From positions 1 to 37,178 of the IMG/VR virus record IMGVR_UViG_3300012855_000006: a DNA stretch of 37,178 bases, one strand, 5' to 3'. A program made the translations under genes and the position numbers. The notes under the pieces were generated by a model, which was not told the origin of the DNA, made no database searches, and worked only from the letters and a program-made list of their open reading frames with translations. Below are positions 9,587 to 18,685 of the stretch, in pieces. Source of the stretch: a virus (taxonomy: Duplodnaviria > Caudoviricetes). Numbering within the stretch: position 1 is the stretch's first letter; each line of letters opens with the position of its first letter.

Positions 9587-9895
9587 TCAGGCCTCGTGAA
9601 GAATGAGCGTGATCATGCCGAACCCGTCAGGCTGGACCTCGACCACGGTGTAATCCTGAGCACCCACCGTCACGCCATCACCCTGGGCGGCGTTCGGCGC
9701 ATCCGCTGCGCGAACCGAGACTGCAGGGCTGACGCTCTCGACTGACAGATCACCATCCGCGCCGACAGCGACGTAATTGCGCGTGAAGACGCCCCGGACG
9801 GAGACGCCAGCCCCACCCTGCGGGGTGTAGGTGACGCCCTCGCCCAGGGCGCTTGTGAAGACCCGACCGACGCCGGAAAAGACGCGGCCAGCCAT
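9587..9895 (-). CDS. Head-tail joining protein (gpFII-like)
   Basis: GEGVTYTP...VRGVF...GD.VT...Y.VVEVQPDGFGMITLIL. Confidence 0.8.
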   Translation of the reverse strand: MAGRVFSGVGRVFTSALGEGVTYTPQGGAGVSVRGVFTRNYVAVGADGDLSVESVSPAVSVRAADAPNAAQGDGVTVGAQDYTVVEVQPDGFGMITLILHEA

Positions 9896-9898
9896 GGC

Positions 9899-10249
9899 TT
9901 ACGCGCCAGCAGCCGCAGGCATGGCGCCATTCAGGCGAACCTGAACAACGGCGGTGCCGTTCGGCGCTGCGGTGACGGCAGTGCCCAGATACCAGTTGGA
10001 CGCAGCGGTCTTGTTGAATTCGCCGTCAGCAACGTCCCAGTAGAGGGCGTCACCGATCGCGACCACGACTGCAGACGCCACCGGAAGGGTGTGAACGCCT
10101 TCGGTGTCGATAACGACATCCGCGCCATTGGCCGCGTCGTTTTGGGCCACACCGAACACGGAGCCCACCTTCACCATGTCGCCAGACGACACGGCGGCGG
10201 GGGCGGTGACGGTCAGAAGGCGCCCGTCCTGAATGAAGTTCTTGGCCAT
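9899..10249 (-). CDS. DUF2190 family capsid-associated (cement/decoration) protein
   Basis: MAKNFIQDG..LTVTAPAAVSSGD.V.VG..FGVA...G.ALYWD; directly after the capsid gene. Confidence 0.85.
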   Translation of the reverse strand: MAKNFIQDGRLLTVTAPAAVSSGDMVKVGSVFGVAQNDAANGADVVIDTEGVHTLPVASAVVVAIGDALYWDVADGEFNKTAASNWYLGTAVTAAPNGTAVVQVRLNGAMPAAAGA

Positions 10250-10280
10250 GATGGTTTCCTTTCTCAGGCCGGAAACGAGA

Positions 10281-10303
10281 GCGGGCGGCTCATTGCCGCC
10301 CGT
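10281..10303 (-). terminator. Hairpin after the major capsid gene (terminator or mRNA stabiliser)
   Basis: ACGGGCGGC-AATGA-GCCGCCCGC followed by TCTCGTTTCC. Confidence 0.5.
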
Positions 10304-10330
10304 CCCTGTCTCAGTTCAGAAGATCAGCCC

Positions 10331-12310
10331 TTACGAGCCGGGGTTTTTCACCGCGCCGCGGTGATCGATCCAGGCGGCGCCCACATCGAGACGGCCCTTG
10401 AGCTTGATGCCGTCCGTGTCGAAGTCTTCCATCTGGTCGATCTGAGGGCCCTGCTCGCCTTCGAGATAGGCGAACTCGATGATGTCCACCTGATTGGGAG
10501 AGGCGAACAGATACCAGTCATCCGCCGAGCCGCCGTTGAGCGAGGCGAGGCGAGGCTCGATGATCGGCTGCATGCTGCCCGCATAGACGTTCTGCTTTTC
10601 GGGATCCGTGACCACAGAGGTCTGACGGGTGTACTGAAGGGCCACCGTTTCCAGCTCGGCCGGAACCGCCAGGAAGGCCGGTTCAAGGTTCAGCAGCGTA
10701 CCGTCCGTATCAGCATCCGGCGCGAGCGAGCGCTGATTGCGCATCAGGGTCCGCGCGACGCCCAGGGTGACGATAGAGATCGCGCCGGCGCTCGCAAGGT
10801 TGGCGTGATCGGCGTGGAACACCGCGGTGCCGTCCGACATATCCGGATTGCCGGTGATCAGGCCCCAGACCAGATCGGACTCCAGGTTGGCCGCAGAGGT
10901 GCCGAACTGGCGCACGACCCGGTCAAACGCGGCCAGATCATCATTGATGATCATTTCACGGGTGAAGGTCAGCCCACGGCCATAGGTCGCCAGCTGGTAC
11001 TGCTCGCGGCCTTCCGCCATGGTTCCGAACTTGTATTCCGCGCCCTCGAGCTTGCGCACAAAGGACGGAGCGTCAGACAGCTGAACACGGCTGACGGTCT
11101 TGAAATCCGGCAGCGTGGTCTGGTTGACGATTGCGCGGAAGGTCTGCGGAGCGGCCTGATAGGCCGCGCGCAGGCTCTTGTTCGCCACATTGGCCAGGAT
11201 GAACGGGAAATCGCTGGTGCCGTGGGCGCCACGCGACAGCATGGCCTTGGCGATTTCCGAACGGCTCATGCCGCGCACCTTGACGCCGCGCGCCTGCAGC
11301 AGTTCTTCACCCAGACGCAGCAGAGACATGCCGCGGAACTCGCGGGCGCCTTGCTCAAGCTCGACCTTGGGATTGAGGCGATGCTCGATCGCGTTGATCG
11401 CCAGCGCGCGGCGGGTGTCCTGTTCGTCCTGATTGACGCTGAGACGGGCGCGGGTTTCACCCGGCGCGTCATCGGCGTCCGCCAGCTTGTCAAGGAAAGT
11501 CGCGCGGGCGGCGTCGACGCTCAGGCCGTCATTGATGGCGTTGGTGATGTCGCCCTGTTCAAGGCCGCGACCAATGAACTTGGCGCCAACCGCATTGATG
11601 TCGGCAACGCGCTTGCGCTCCACCGCCACAGCCTCGGCCTTCGCCGCGTTGATGTCCGCTTCCGAGCGCTGCTCAGTCACGGTGCCGCCATCGGGAGCGG
11701 CGCCCTGGGTCTTCTCCGTCATGGGAGTCTCCATTTCAGAATGTGCGGGCTCCGCCCGTTTGATGTGGCAGGGATTTTCGTCGTTCTGGGAGCGGAACCC
11801 CGCCATGTCGTCCGCTCCGATGGGAACCGCGGAAATCTCCATCGGCTCCCAATCCCGCGCGATCACACGGGTGACGCTTTCGTCATCACCGTCGATCACC
11901 TCATAGCCATGGACCCGATAGCCCACGCTGATATTGCGAAGGATGCCGCTGACCACATCGCGCCAGATCGGCTCAACACTTTCGCGGGCCGAAAAACGGA
12001 TGATCGCTCGACCCTCGCCGTCCTCAATCCATGCACGCTCGACAACGCCGATCACGTGTTCAAGGGACCAGTCAGAATGCGTGTTCAGGAAGGGTGCGCC
12101 ATTGTTCAGCCGGTCAAGCCGAATGGCGGCGGCGCTGACTTCAAGTTCCTCAAGAACCCGGCCAAGACCGGGCATGTAGCGCGGCACGGCGGCGCCGGCA
12201 GTCCAGGTCACTTCTACCGTGCGAGCATCTTCATCAACGGTGCTCGCGCGCACCTCTGCCGTTCGGCCAAGCCGGGAGAGCTTGACCGTCTCGTCCATGT
12301 CCTTCGGCAT
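10331..12310 (-). CDS. Prohead protease / major capsid protein fusion
   Basis: N-terminal maturation protease (APFLNTH, ISVGY, EISAVPIGAD), a linker, then an HK97-fold capsid domain (TSDFP.ILANVANK, TYGR...TREMIINDDL, D.RGAVKNPG). Confidence 0.92.
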   Translation of the reverse strand: MPKDMDETVKLSRLGRTAEVRASTVDEDARTVEVTWTAGAAVPRYMPGLGRVLEELEVSAAAIRLDRLNNGAPFLNTHSDWSLEHVIGVVERAWIEDGEGRAIIRFSARESVEPIWRDVVSGILRNISVGYRVHGYEVIDGDDESVTRVIARDWEPMEISAVPIGADDMAGFRSQNDENPCHIKRAEPAHSEMETPMTEKTQGAAPDGGTVTEQRSEADINAAKAEAVAVERKRVADINAVGAKFIGRGLEQGDITNAINDGLSVDAARATFLDKLADADDAPGETRARLSVNQDEQDTRRALAINAIEHRLNPKVELEQGAREFRGMSLLRLGEELLQARGVKVRGMSRSEIAKAMLSRGAHGTSDFPFILANVANKSLRAAYQAAPQTFRAIVNQTTLPDFKTVSRVQLSDAPSFVRKLEGAEYKFGTMAEGREQYQLATYGRGLTFTREMIINDDLAAFDRVVRQFGTSAANLESDLVWGLITGNPDMSDGTAVFHADHANLASAGAISIVTLGVARTLMRNQRSLAPDADTDGTLLNLEPAFLAVPAELETVALQYTRQTSVVTDPEKQNVYAGSMQPIIEPRLASLNGGSADDWYLFASPNQVDIIEFAYLEGEQGPQIDQMEDFDTDGIKLKGRLDVGAAWIDHRGAVKNPGS

Positions 12311-12313
12311 GGC

Positions 12314-13837
12314 TTACTCCTCTGCGGGGTTGTCGACGGAAATGTCGGTCGGAGGCAGAACAGTGCCGTCCGGGCGGGCCTGAGTGAGACCAGCGTTCGA
12401 GGTCTTGCGCGGATCGCTGTCGAAGACGAGCTCCTGCTCATCCACCAGCTTGGTCCACGCCTTGATTTCAGCGATGACCGCCTCCGGGTCGCGACCCGAC
12501 GCACGGATAAGCTCGGTCATCGACGCCTTGCCGATGCGCGCTTCCATCTGGTCCGCCATCAGCTCTTTCTGCCGGTCGATGGGCTCAAACCCGGGTAGGG
12601 TCCACTGGACGCCATAGTTCAGCTCAGAGATGCGGCCCGCAGCGAAGGCGCTTTCGATGAACCAGCGCCATGCGGGGCGGCAAACCATCGGCAGGACGGT
12701 GCGCTTCTGAAAACGGCGGATCATGGCCTTGAACGGCACGATCCCCGCCTTGTAGCTCGACCAGTTGACCCGGCTGACATCGCCGGTCAGCAGCTGATAG
12801 GGCATGCCCATGGCCGTGGCGATCTTGTGAAGCCGGGCGCGGGTATAGCTGTCATAGCCGGATGACGGGGAGGGCTGGGCGAAAGAGACATCTTCGCCAG
12901 GCTCAAGATATTCGATCATGCCCGGCTCAAGCGTTTCAAGCCGGCCGATATCGTCTTCGCCTTCCTCACCCAGAAGACCGGGGTCGGAAAGGTCTGACGA
13001 GGTGACGAAGGCCGCAAAGCAGGCTTCGACCTTCTTGCGCACCTGTTCGGCGTTCTCGTATTCGCCAAGATCCCGCAGATCGATCATAGCGGCCGTCAGC
13101 CACGGCACGCCCGAAAGCTGGCCGGGGCGTGTCTTTCGATAGGCGTGCGCGATCTGGTCAGCCGGGATTCGCTGGCTGTCAAAGCGCATGGGGCGGTAAA
13201 GCCCCACCTCGCCGGGATGGGTCTGGTACAGCCAGTACGCCACGCGGCGGTTAATGCGGTCGAGCTCAATCCCGTTGATGATGTCAAAGCCGGTGGTGTT
13301 GTTCTTGATGTGCGTCACATCAAGATGGTCCGGCTCCATCAGCTGAAGCTGAAGCGGGACAGAGAGCCCTTCATCAGAGCGGCGACGACGGCGGCGGATC
13401 AGTACATCACCTGACACAGCGATGGTCTGAACAGCGAGGTCTTGCAGGCCGTAGAAGTCCGCTTGCTCTTCAGCATCACAGAATTCAGACCAGTCAGCGA
13501 ACGCCTGAGCGATCTCCTTGTCGAGACGATCCGTGCCCGTTTCAGGCTTGGGAATGATGCCGCCACCAATCGAGCACTCGGAAACGATCTCCACACCGCG
13601 CTTGGCCCAGCCGTCATTGCGGTCCAAGTCACGGGCGCGAGCGCGCAAAGTCTGGATGGCCGGGCCGATCTCTGAATTTGCACTGGTGCCGCGCGGGTTC
13701 CAGTTCTTCATGCGCCGGCCTTTTGATGCGCCGTCATAGTTACGCTTCTCGGCAACTTCGAGTGCCTTGCGCGCCATGGCGCGCTTGAGCGCCGCTTCAG
13801 GCGCCACGGCGCCCAGCGCCTTAGTGAACCAGCCCAT
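12314..13837 (-). CDS. Portal protein, lambda gpB family
   Basis: YDGAS.GRR, LRARARDL.RND, RPGQLSGVPW, LEPGMIEYL.PGE, GDVS.VNWSS. Confidence 0.95.
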   Translation of the reverse strand: MGWFTKALGAVAPEAALKRAMARKALEVAEKRNYDGASKGRRMKNWNPRGTSANSEIGPAIQTLRARARDLDRNDGWAKRGVEIVSECSIGGGIIPKPETGTDRLDKEIAQAFADWSEFCDAEEQADFYGLQDLAVQTIAVSGDVLIRRRRRRSDEGLSVPLQLQLMEPDHLDVTHIKNNTTGFDIINGIELDRINRRVAYWLYQTHPGEVGLYRPMRFDSQRIPADQIAHAYRKTRPGQLSGVPWLTAAMIDLRDLGEYENAEQVRKKVEACFAAFVTSSDLSDPGLLGEEGEDDIGRLETLEPGMIEYLEPGEDVSFAQPSPSSGYDSYTRARLHKIATAMGMPYQLLTGDVSRVNWSSYKAGIVPFKAMIRRFQKRTVLPMVCRPAWRWFIESAFAAGRISELNYGVQWTLPGFEPIDRQKELMADQMEARIGKASMTELIRASGRDPEAVIAEIKAWTKLVDEQELVFDSDPRKTSNAGLTQARPDGTVLPPTDISVDNPAEE

Positions 13838-13839
13838 GA

Positions 13840-14043
13840 CTACAGCCCCCGAGCAAAAACGGCGCGCGAGCGGCGCTTGGTTTTGACCACGCCAAGTTCA
13901 CGCTCCATCTCATCCCGGACCGACTTCATCTCGGCAAGGTCGCGATAGTCCACGCGCTGGCCGTTATAGCTGACGCTTTTGGCGCCGGTGGCGATGGCGG
14001 CGTTGAGAGCGTCAAGATCGGCTTGCGAATAGCGAGTGCTCAT
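13840..14043 (-). CDS. Head-tail joining protein gpW-like
   Basis: 67 aa; DLDAL.AAIATGAKSVSYNGQRVDYRDLAEM; between TerL and portal. Confidence 0.9.
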   Translation of the reverse strand: MSTRYSQADLDALNAAIATGAKSVSYNGQRVDYRDLAEMKSVRDEMERELGVVKTKRRSRAVFARGL

Positions 14044-16073
14044 AGCCAGCTCCTGCCGGTGGTGTTGAGCCCGCGCCGGGGGCGGGACTTGCGTTTGACG
14101 GGCGCCTTGGCCGGCGCGGGCTGAGGCGCCTGTTCGACTTCCGGCGCTTCCTGCGTCGGCTGGGGCTCTGAAACAGGGACCGATCCAGGGGGCAGTTGCC
14201 GAGGCAAGGCGTGAAGCGCGGCGAGCGCATAACGGCGGCAGTCATGGGCTTCGTTACGCGTCCCCTTCGGGCACTCATAAACACGCACGTCCTGCCCGTT
14301 GACGCGCTTGCGAACCAGACGCTCGGCGAGCAGCTGAGTGAACCACGCCTGATCGTAATCCGCGGCGAAGTGGCAATACCCTGCGCCAGGACGCTTGACC
14401 CTTAGATCGCCGTAAATCTGGTCAGAGGCGGCATTCGTGCCGACCATGAAGAGAACTTGCCGGGTCTTGGACTTGGACGCCCGCTTGGGCCATATCGGCT
14501 TTGCCGGACCACCATCGCCCTTGATCGCATAAACCCTGCGCCCGAAGCGCGGCTTGGTGAACGCATAGACGCGCTCGGTATGATGACCGCCGGAGTCGAT
14601 GCAGGCGGCCTGAATACGCATCAGGGCGCCGTCATCGCGGCGATAGCTGCGCAACAGGATCTGATCGAGCTCATGCCAGACCTGATCTTGAGACGGATCG
14701 CCATGGATGACGTGATACTCTACGCCCCAATTCTCACGGCCCGCGCCCCAGCCCACAATCTCGCATTCAAGCCGGTTGTCCTGTACGTCCACGCCCGCCG
14801 TCAGCACCAGAGCGCCAGACGGGATATTGTCTGGGCCGTAGGCTTCGCGGCGCGCCAACAGGCTTTCAGGATCAACCGCCGTACCACTTTCCTCCCAGAG
14901 CTCTGCAAGCTGGGTGTTCGTAAACACCTGCAAAAGCGACAGGTCATCTTTGGACGACAGGAACTTGCGCACCGTCTGCTCAAGGCTTTGCGTCAGCGAA
15001 TAGAGCTTTGAGGCGTTGAAACCTGCATGCCGCACCGGCACGCCGGGTTTTGAGCACTTCGGACAGCAGGCCTCACCGTGTTCATTCCAGTGCCCGCCGT
15101 CGGTCCAGTTCAGCGGCTTGTGGTCTTCACCGCAGCAGCGAAAGGGCTTGGTCTGACGCCAGCCGAAATCAGGCTCAAGCGCGACCGCCTGAATCGCCTT
15201 CCGGCGTTCGGTCTCCGTCCAGATCGTGCCGCACCCCCGGCAAACCACACCCGCAGTCTCAGGCAAGTGCTGGCCGTTTTCATCCTTGTCCCACCGGACG
15301 CGATCAAAGGTCAGCGGTTGCGCCTCGTCACAGTGCGGACACTTCACGAATAGTCGGCGCTGATCGCTCATCTCGTACTCCCGCCCGATCCGCGAAAACC
15401 CCTTCTGCGTCGGAGAGCAGGCCCGGATGGATTTGGCGTTCCAGAAGGTGGACTGGCGTTCTTCAGCCAAGGCGAGCGGGTCACCCTCCTTGCCTGCGCT
15501 CGGCGGGTATTTGTCGATCTCGTCAGCCAGGACGATGCGCTTGGGACGCGAGGCCAGATCAGTCGGGCTGTTCGCCCCCACAATGTCGATCACCGCGCCC
15601 GTCTCGAAAGCCAGACGGTCAAGCGTGCGATCAGGGGAACGCGACTTTTTCGGGGGCGCGATCGCGGCGAGGGCTGGCGTCTCGTCAACAAGCGGGTCCA
15701 GACGATCCTTGGTGTAGGACTCGGCAAGGTTCACCGTGGGCAGAACCAGCAGGATCGGTGAGGCGTCCTGATGCGCGTAATACCCGGCGGCGTTATTGAT
15801 CAGCTCCGTCTTGAATTCCTGCGTCGGGGCCATGACCGACACAAAGCGCACGCGCGGATCTGTTACGGCGGCGGTTGGCCCGAGCGCCATGGGAACTGTG
15901 GCCGTGCGCCAGCGTCCCGGCTGGGCGGCGGCGCGCGCACTCAAGCGGCGGAACTCGTCAGCCCACTCGATCAGATTCCGGCGAGGCGTCGGCTTCAGCG
16001 TCGAGCGGCGTATCGACCGCAGCGCCGTCACAGCCCTCGCCATCGCCGTCAAGTTGGGCGGCGAGATCGTCAT
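14040..16073 (-). CDS. terL: Terminase large subunit, lambda gpA family
   Basis: Walker B VLADEIDKYP, EGDPLALAEER, CPHC/C..C zinc motifs, nuclease LTAGVDVQ, IDSGGH, RNEAHDC. Walker A is atypical (APTQEFKTE). Confidence 0.95.
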   Translation of the reverse strand: MTISPPNLTAMARAVTALRSIRRSTLKPTPRRNLIEWADEFRRLSARAAAQPGRWRTATVPMALGPTAAVTDPRVRFVSVMAPTQEFKTELINNAAGYYAHQDASPILLVLPTVNLAESYTKDRLDPLVDETPALAAIAPPKKSRSPDRTLDRLAFETGAVIDIVGANSPTDLASRPKRIVLADEIDKYPPSAGKEGDPLALAEERQSTFWNAKSIRACSPTQKGFSRIGREYEMSDQRRLFVKCPHCDEAQPLTFDRVRWDKDENGQHLPETAGVVCRGCGTIWTETERRKAIQAVALEPDFGWRQTKPFRCCGEDHKPLNWTDGGHWNEHGEACCPKCSKPGVPVRHAGFNASKLYSLTQSLEQTVRKFLSSKDDLSLLQVFTNTQLAELWEESGTAVDPESLLARREAYGPDNIPSGALVLTAGVDVQDNRLECEIVGWGAGRENWGVEYHVIHGDPSQDQVWHELDQILLRSYRRDDGALMRIQAACIDSGGHHTERVYAFTKPRFGRRVYAIKGDGGPAKPIWPKRASKSKTRQVLFMVGTNAASDQIYGDLRVKRPGAGYCHFAADYDQAWFTQLLAERLVRKRVNGQDVRVYECPKGTRNEAHDCRRYALAALHALPRQLPPGSVPVSEPQPTQEAPEVEQAPQPAPAKAPVKRKSRPRRGLNTTGRSWL

Positions 16074-16554
16074 CCACGCTTAACTCCCGGAGAATGTCAT
16101 CCACCTGGTCGGCTATGATCGGCTGAAGCTCGATGGCGCGGGTCGGGTCGATCTGGGCGGCGAGGCGGCCCGGCAGGGAACCGAACCGGGTCCGCACAAC
16201 CGCATACTCGGACCGCACCGCAGACAGGATCGTCTCAAGCTCGATGAGCTCGCCGCGCTCCCGGCGCAGCTTGAGCTCCGCAAGGTCAGCGTCAATTTGC
16301 TCTCGACGGGCGCGCTCTTTGTCGAATTTCGGCGCGGGACGCGCGTCACCTTCAGGCGGTGAAGGCTCCTGAGCTTGCTCCACCAGCCAACCCGAGACCG
16401 AAGCGGTGTTGAACTTCCACTCAACTCCTTTCCGGCCACGCTCCAAAGCCGGACAGCCGCGCTTTACCCACGCGGAAACCGTGTCAACGGAAACACCAAA
16501 GATTTCAGCGAGCTTTGAGCGATTGACCTCTAGCCCTGAATAGGTTCTCGCCAC
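15958..16554 (-). CDS. terS: Terminase small subunit, Nu1-like
   Basis: EVNRSKLAEIFGVSVDTVSAWVKRGCP winged HTH, like lambda Nu1; ERARRE..ADLAELKL...GELI coiled coil. Confidence 0.9.
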   Translation of the reverse strand: MARTYSGLEVNRSKLAEIFGVSVDTVSAWVKRGCPALERGRKGVEWKFNTASVSGWLVEQAQEPSPPEGDARPAPKFDKERARREQIDADLAELKLRRERGELIELETILSAVRSEYAVVRTRFGSLPGRLAAQIDPTRAIELQPIIADQVDDILRELSVDDDLAAQLDGDGEGCDGAAVDTPLDAEADASPESDRVG

Positions 16555-16618
16555 CGCCGCATCCTCACTCGAAAAAGAAGAAAGCCCGGCCTGAAAACCT
16601 TATGGCTAGAGACAAAAC

Positions 16619-16663
16619 GGGGATCGAACTTACCCACGATCCCCCTACCCCTTGGAAGAACCT
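16619..16663 (-). other. Putative cos site (cosN dyad plus cosQ-like element)
   Basis: GGGGATCG-N10-CGATCCCC dyad at 16619-16644; AGGTTCTTCC (minus strand, 16654-16663) resembles lambda cosQ GGGTCCT; immediately upstream of terS as in lambda. Confidence 0.65.
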
Positions 16664-16711
16664 AGCCGGGTGGGGGTGGGGTAGCTGCGGCTGTGGCGCT
16701 CAGGCCACACT

Positions 16712-17482
16712 CTACCTTGCGGTCTGGATCGCCCGGCGCATGGACAGGCGCAGGTTGATGGGCAGCATCCGGGCAACGAACTGATCAGATATCCCGAAGA
16801 AGTCGTAGCGCCGCTCATAGCGGGGCTGGTTGATCTCGATCAGGACAGGTTTGATCTTGCCCGAGCGTGCGCGCTCGTACACTCCAGGGTGAAGAGCCCC
16901 GCCCTGCTTGGCGTAGAAGTAGTTCTTGCGGCGTTGATTGCGGGCGGCAGAACGAGCCGTGCGATTGGCGACGTACCCGTTCTCCTGAAATGATCCGAGC
17001 GCGCTCAATATCTGGACATACCGTGAGCCGGTTAGGTTGCCATACTGGTTCAACCTCTGCCCGGGCGCAGGAGCTAGAAAGCTGTTCGGTCCGAGGAAGC
17101 CACGCCGTCGCAAGGCGATCTCGTGACGCTTGGCCCGGCGCGGCTGGCCATAGACGATAGGCCGAAGGTACTTCTTTGCTGCAACGCCTTTGCCAGCAAA
17201 CTCACGCCACATCAGCGAGGCCTCAGCGATGGCCTCACCCATACCGCGCCGACGCCGACCGCGCATGTATCGCCCCTTCCGGGCATAGACGCCTCGGATG
17301 GTGAACGGCTTGGGCCGGTCGATATAGCGCTGCATCTGACGCTGATTATGAACTACAGCGTCAGTCGCCGTCTTGTTCACAGCCAGGAAGGTGGCGAAGG
17401 GCAGCTGTTGCCGCTCTACCCGGTTCAGACCCCGTTTGAACTCCCTGACATTGGTCCTGATGTCAAACCCTGCGCGGGCCAT
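16712..17482 (-). CDS. Basic virion morphogenesis protein, probable tail completion / neck (gpZ/Ne1-like)
   Basis: QLPFATFLAVNKTA...IDRPKPFT...LNQYGNL...P.YERRYDF; very Arg-rich; the tail cluster lacks a gpZ equivalent. Confidence 0.6.
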   Translation of the reverse strand: MARAGFDIRTNVREFKRGLNRVERQQLPFATFLAVNKTATDAVVHNQRQMQRYIDRPKPFTIRGVYARKGRYMRGRRRRGMGEAIAEASLMWREFAGKGVAAKKYLRPIVYGQPRRAKRHEIALRRRGFLGPNSFLAPAPGQRLNQYGNLTGSRYVQILSALGSFQENGYVANRTARSAARNQRRKNYFYAKQGGALHPGVYERARSGKIKPVLIEINQPRYERRYDFFGISDQFVARMLPINLRLSMRRAIQTAR

Positions 17483-17485
17483 GGT

Positions 17486-17746
17486 CTAACGCTTGCGACG
17501 GCCAGTCCCGCCTTTGGTGACCTGCCGAGGCGTGCGGAGCTCTTCGGCGCGCTTTTCAATGGCCTCAACCTTACGCGCCGTAAACTCCCCGCAACTATCA
17601 AGCTCAAGGGTTTTCGGCCATGCGGCTTGGTGATCCGGGCCGCCCGTTGTGGACGGCGACGGAGCCGAGCGGCGGCACTCACCGACCTTTTGGGCATTCC
17701 CGGCCCCGGTCTGGCTCCAATGCCTGCATGCAGAGCAAGTGGTCAT
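17486..17746 (-). CDS. Small Cys-rich metal-binding phage protein
   Basis: GGAGG RBS; CSACRHW...GECRR..P...WP.T...DSCGEF (4 Cys). Confidence 0.7.
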   Translation of the reverse strand: MTTCSACRHWSQTGAGNAQKVGECRRSAPSPSTTGGPDHQAAWPKTLELDSCGEFTARKVEAIEKRAEELRTPRQVTKGGTGRRKR

Positions 17747-17810
17747 GTTCGCCTCCGTGATTGAGATTGGCAAAGCGCATCAAACACCCTTCCCACTTGA
17801 CGCAGAAAAG

Positions 17811-17862
17811 TGCTCATTTATGCGCATTTATGCTTGCTTATCTGCTCATTTTTGAGCATATT
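17811..17862 (+). promoter_or_regulatory. Sigma70-like promoter with two palindromic operators
   Basis: TGCTCATTTATGCGCA (17811-17826) and TGCTCATTTTTGAGCA (17843-17858); TTGCTT-N17-CATATT (17834-17862). Confidence 0.65.
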
Positions 17863-17919
17863 GATCATGCGCAGAGCGGGAGGCAATCGTGCACCCCGGA
17901 AGCGCAGAAGGAGAGAACG

Positions 17920-18009
17920 ATGACGATCTTTGAAGTCTCGCTTCTCATCCTTCAAGCCTGCGAACTGGTGATCGGGTTGGCCGCCCTGTACGTCACCAGC
18001 CGCAGGTAA
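17920..18009 (+). CDS. 29-aa single-pass membrane peptide (type I toxin-like)
   Basis: AAGGAG RBS; MTIFEVSLLILQACELVIGLAALYVTSRR*, a hydrophobic helix with a basic C-terminus. Confidence 0.7.
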   Translation: MTIFEVSLLILQACELVIGLAALYVTSRR

Positions 18010-18010
18010 G

Positions 18011-18055
18011 AAGGAGGGCGGCTCCGGGTCCAAACCGGGGCTGCCTTCCCTCCTT
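18011..18055 (+). promoter_or_regulatory. Strong intergenic hairpin between the peptide and HTH genes
   Basis: GGGCGGCTCCGG-GTCCAAA-CCGGGGCTGCCT, extendable by AAGGAGGG/CCCTCCTT. Confidence 0.6.
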
Positions 18056-18070
18056 ATAGCGGAGATCAGC

Positions 18071-18265
18071 ATGACCGGCAAAGACTTCACAGCCTGGCTA
18101 GATCATATGGGCTTCAAGGATGCTCAGGCGGCGCGCGCCCTGGGCGGCATGTCTCGCAACAGCATCAAGAAGTACAAGGACGAAGGCGCACCCTATCACA
18201 TCGGGCTGGCCTGTGCGGCGCTGGCCTATGGCCTTCCACCGTGGAAAGCGCCAGAGACCACCTGA
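18071..18265 (+). CDS. Small XRE/Cro-like HTH regulator
   Basis: GGAG RBS; MTGKDFTAWLDHMGFKDAQAARALGGMSRNSIKKY...IGLACAAL. Confidence 0.8.
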   Translation: MTGKDFTAWLDHMGFKDAQAARALGGMSRNSIKKYKDEGAPYHIGLACAALAYGLPPWKAPETT

Positions 18266-18270
18266 CCGAT

Positions 18271-18305
18271 AAGAGAAAGCCCCGCCTGCCGAAGCGAGCG
18301 GGGCT
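18271..18305 (-). terminator. Intrinsic terminator on the late strand (tR'-like); may also stop the plus-strand cassette
   Basis: Minus strand AGCCCCGC-N12-GCGGGGCT followed by TTCTCTT. Confidence 0.65.
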
Positions 18306-18374
18306 GTGCGGTTTAGTGCGTGAGACGGCATGGGAACCGCAACCAGCCGACTTTGCCTCGTTCCCGCGCGCCAG

Positions 18375-18611
18375 TCAGGTGGTCAGGGCGCGGTCTATGT
18401 CGTCATAGCTATAGACCCTTGGGGCCTGATCGTGTGGACCGGTTGCGAAGACGATCAGATCCACCTCAAAATCGATCTCTCGGCGCGCCCGCTTGTCCCA
18501 GCCCCGGTGAACGTAATCTGGTGGGCCGAATGCCTTGACCGCAGACCAGTATTCTTCACCCCGGAAGCCGACAAAGTGAACGCAGCGCATCTTGGGAAAC
18601 TCAGGACACAT
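18375..18611 (-). CDS. Small hypothetical protein in the late leader
   Basis: VHFVGFRGEEYWSAVKAFGPPDYVHRGWDKRARREI reads as a folded protein; the start may be the Met at 18590. Confidence 0.65.
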   Translation of the reverse strand: MCPEFPKMRCVHFVGFRGEEYWSAVKAFGPPDYVHRGWDKRARREIDFEVDLIVFATGPHDQAPRVYSYDDIDRALTT

Positions 18612-18685
18612 TGACCCTATCAGGCGTCTCTGCCCGTAGGCCCGGCCCCTCCGTCATGCGGCGGCCGCTGCCCCTTACATCGCGG

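Noticed and set aside
10091-12598. 835-aa plus-strand ORF
   Set aside because: Antisense shadow of the capsid and portal genes caused by high-GC codon bias; no RBS or recognisable motifs.
18320-18374. GGGAAC/GTTCCC stem with GGCAAAG as a possible riboswitch
   Set aside because: The remaining consensus of c-di-GMP or other known aptamers could not be matched by eye.
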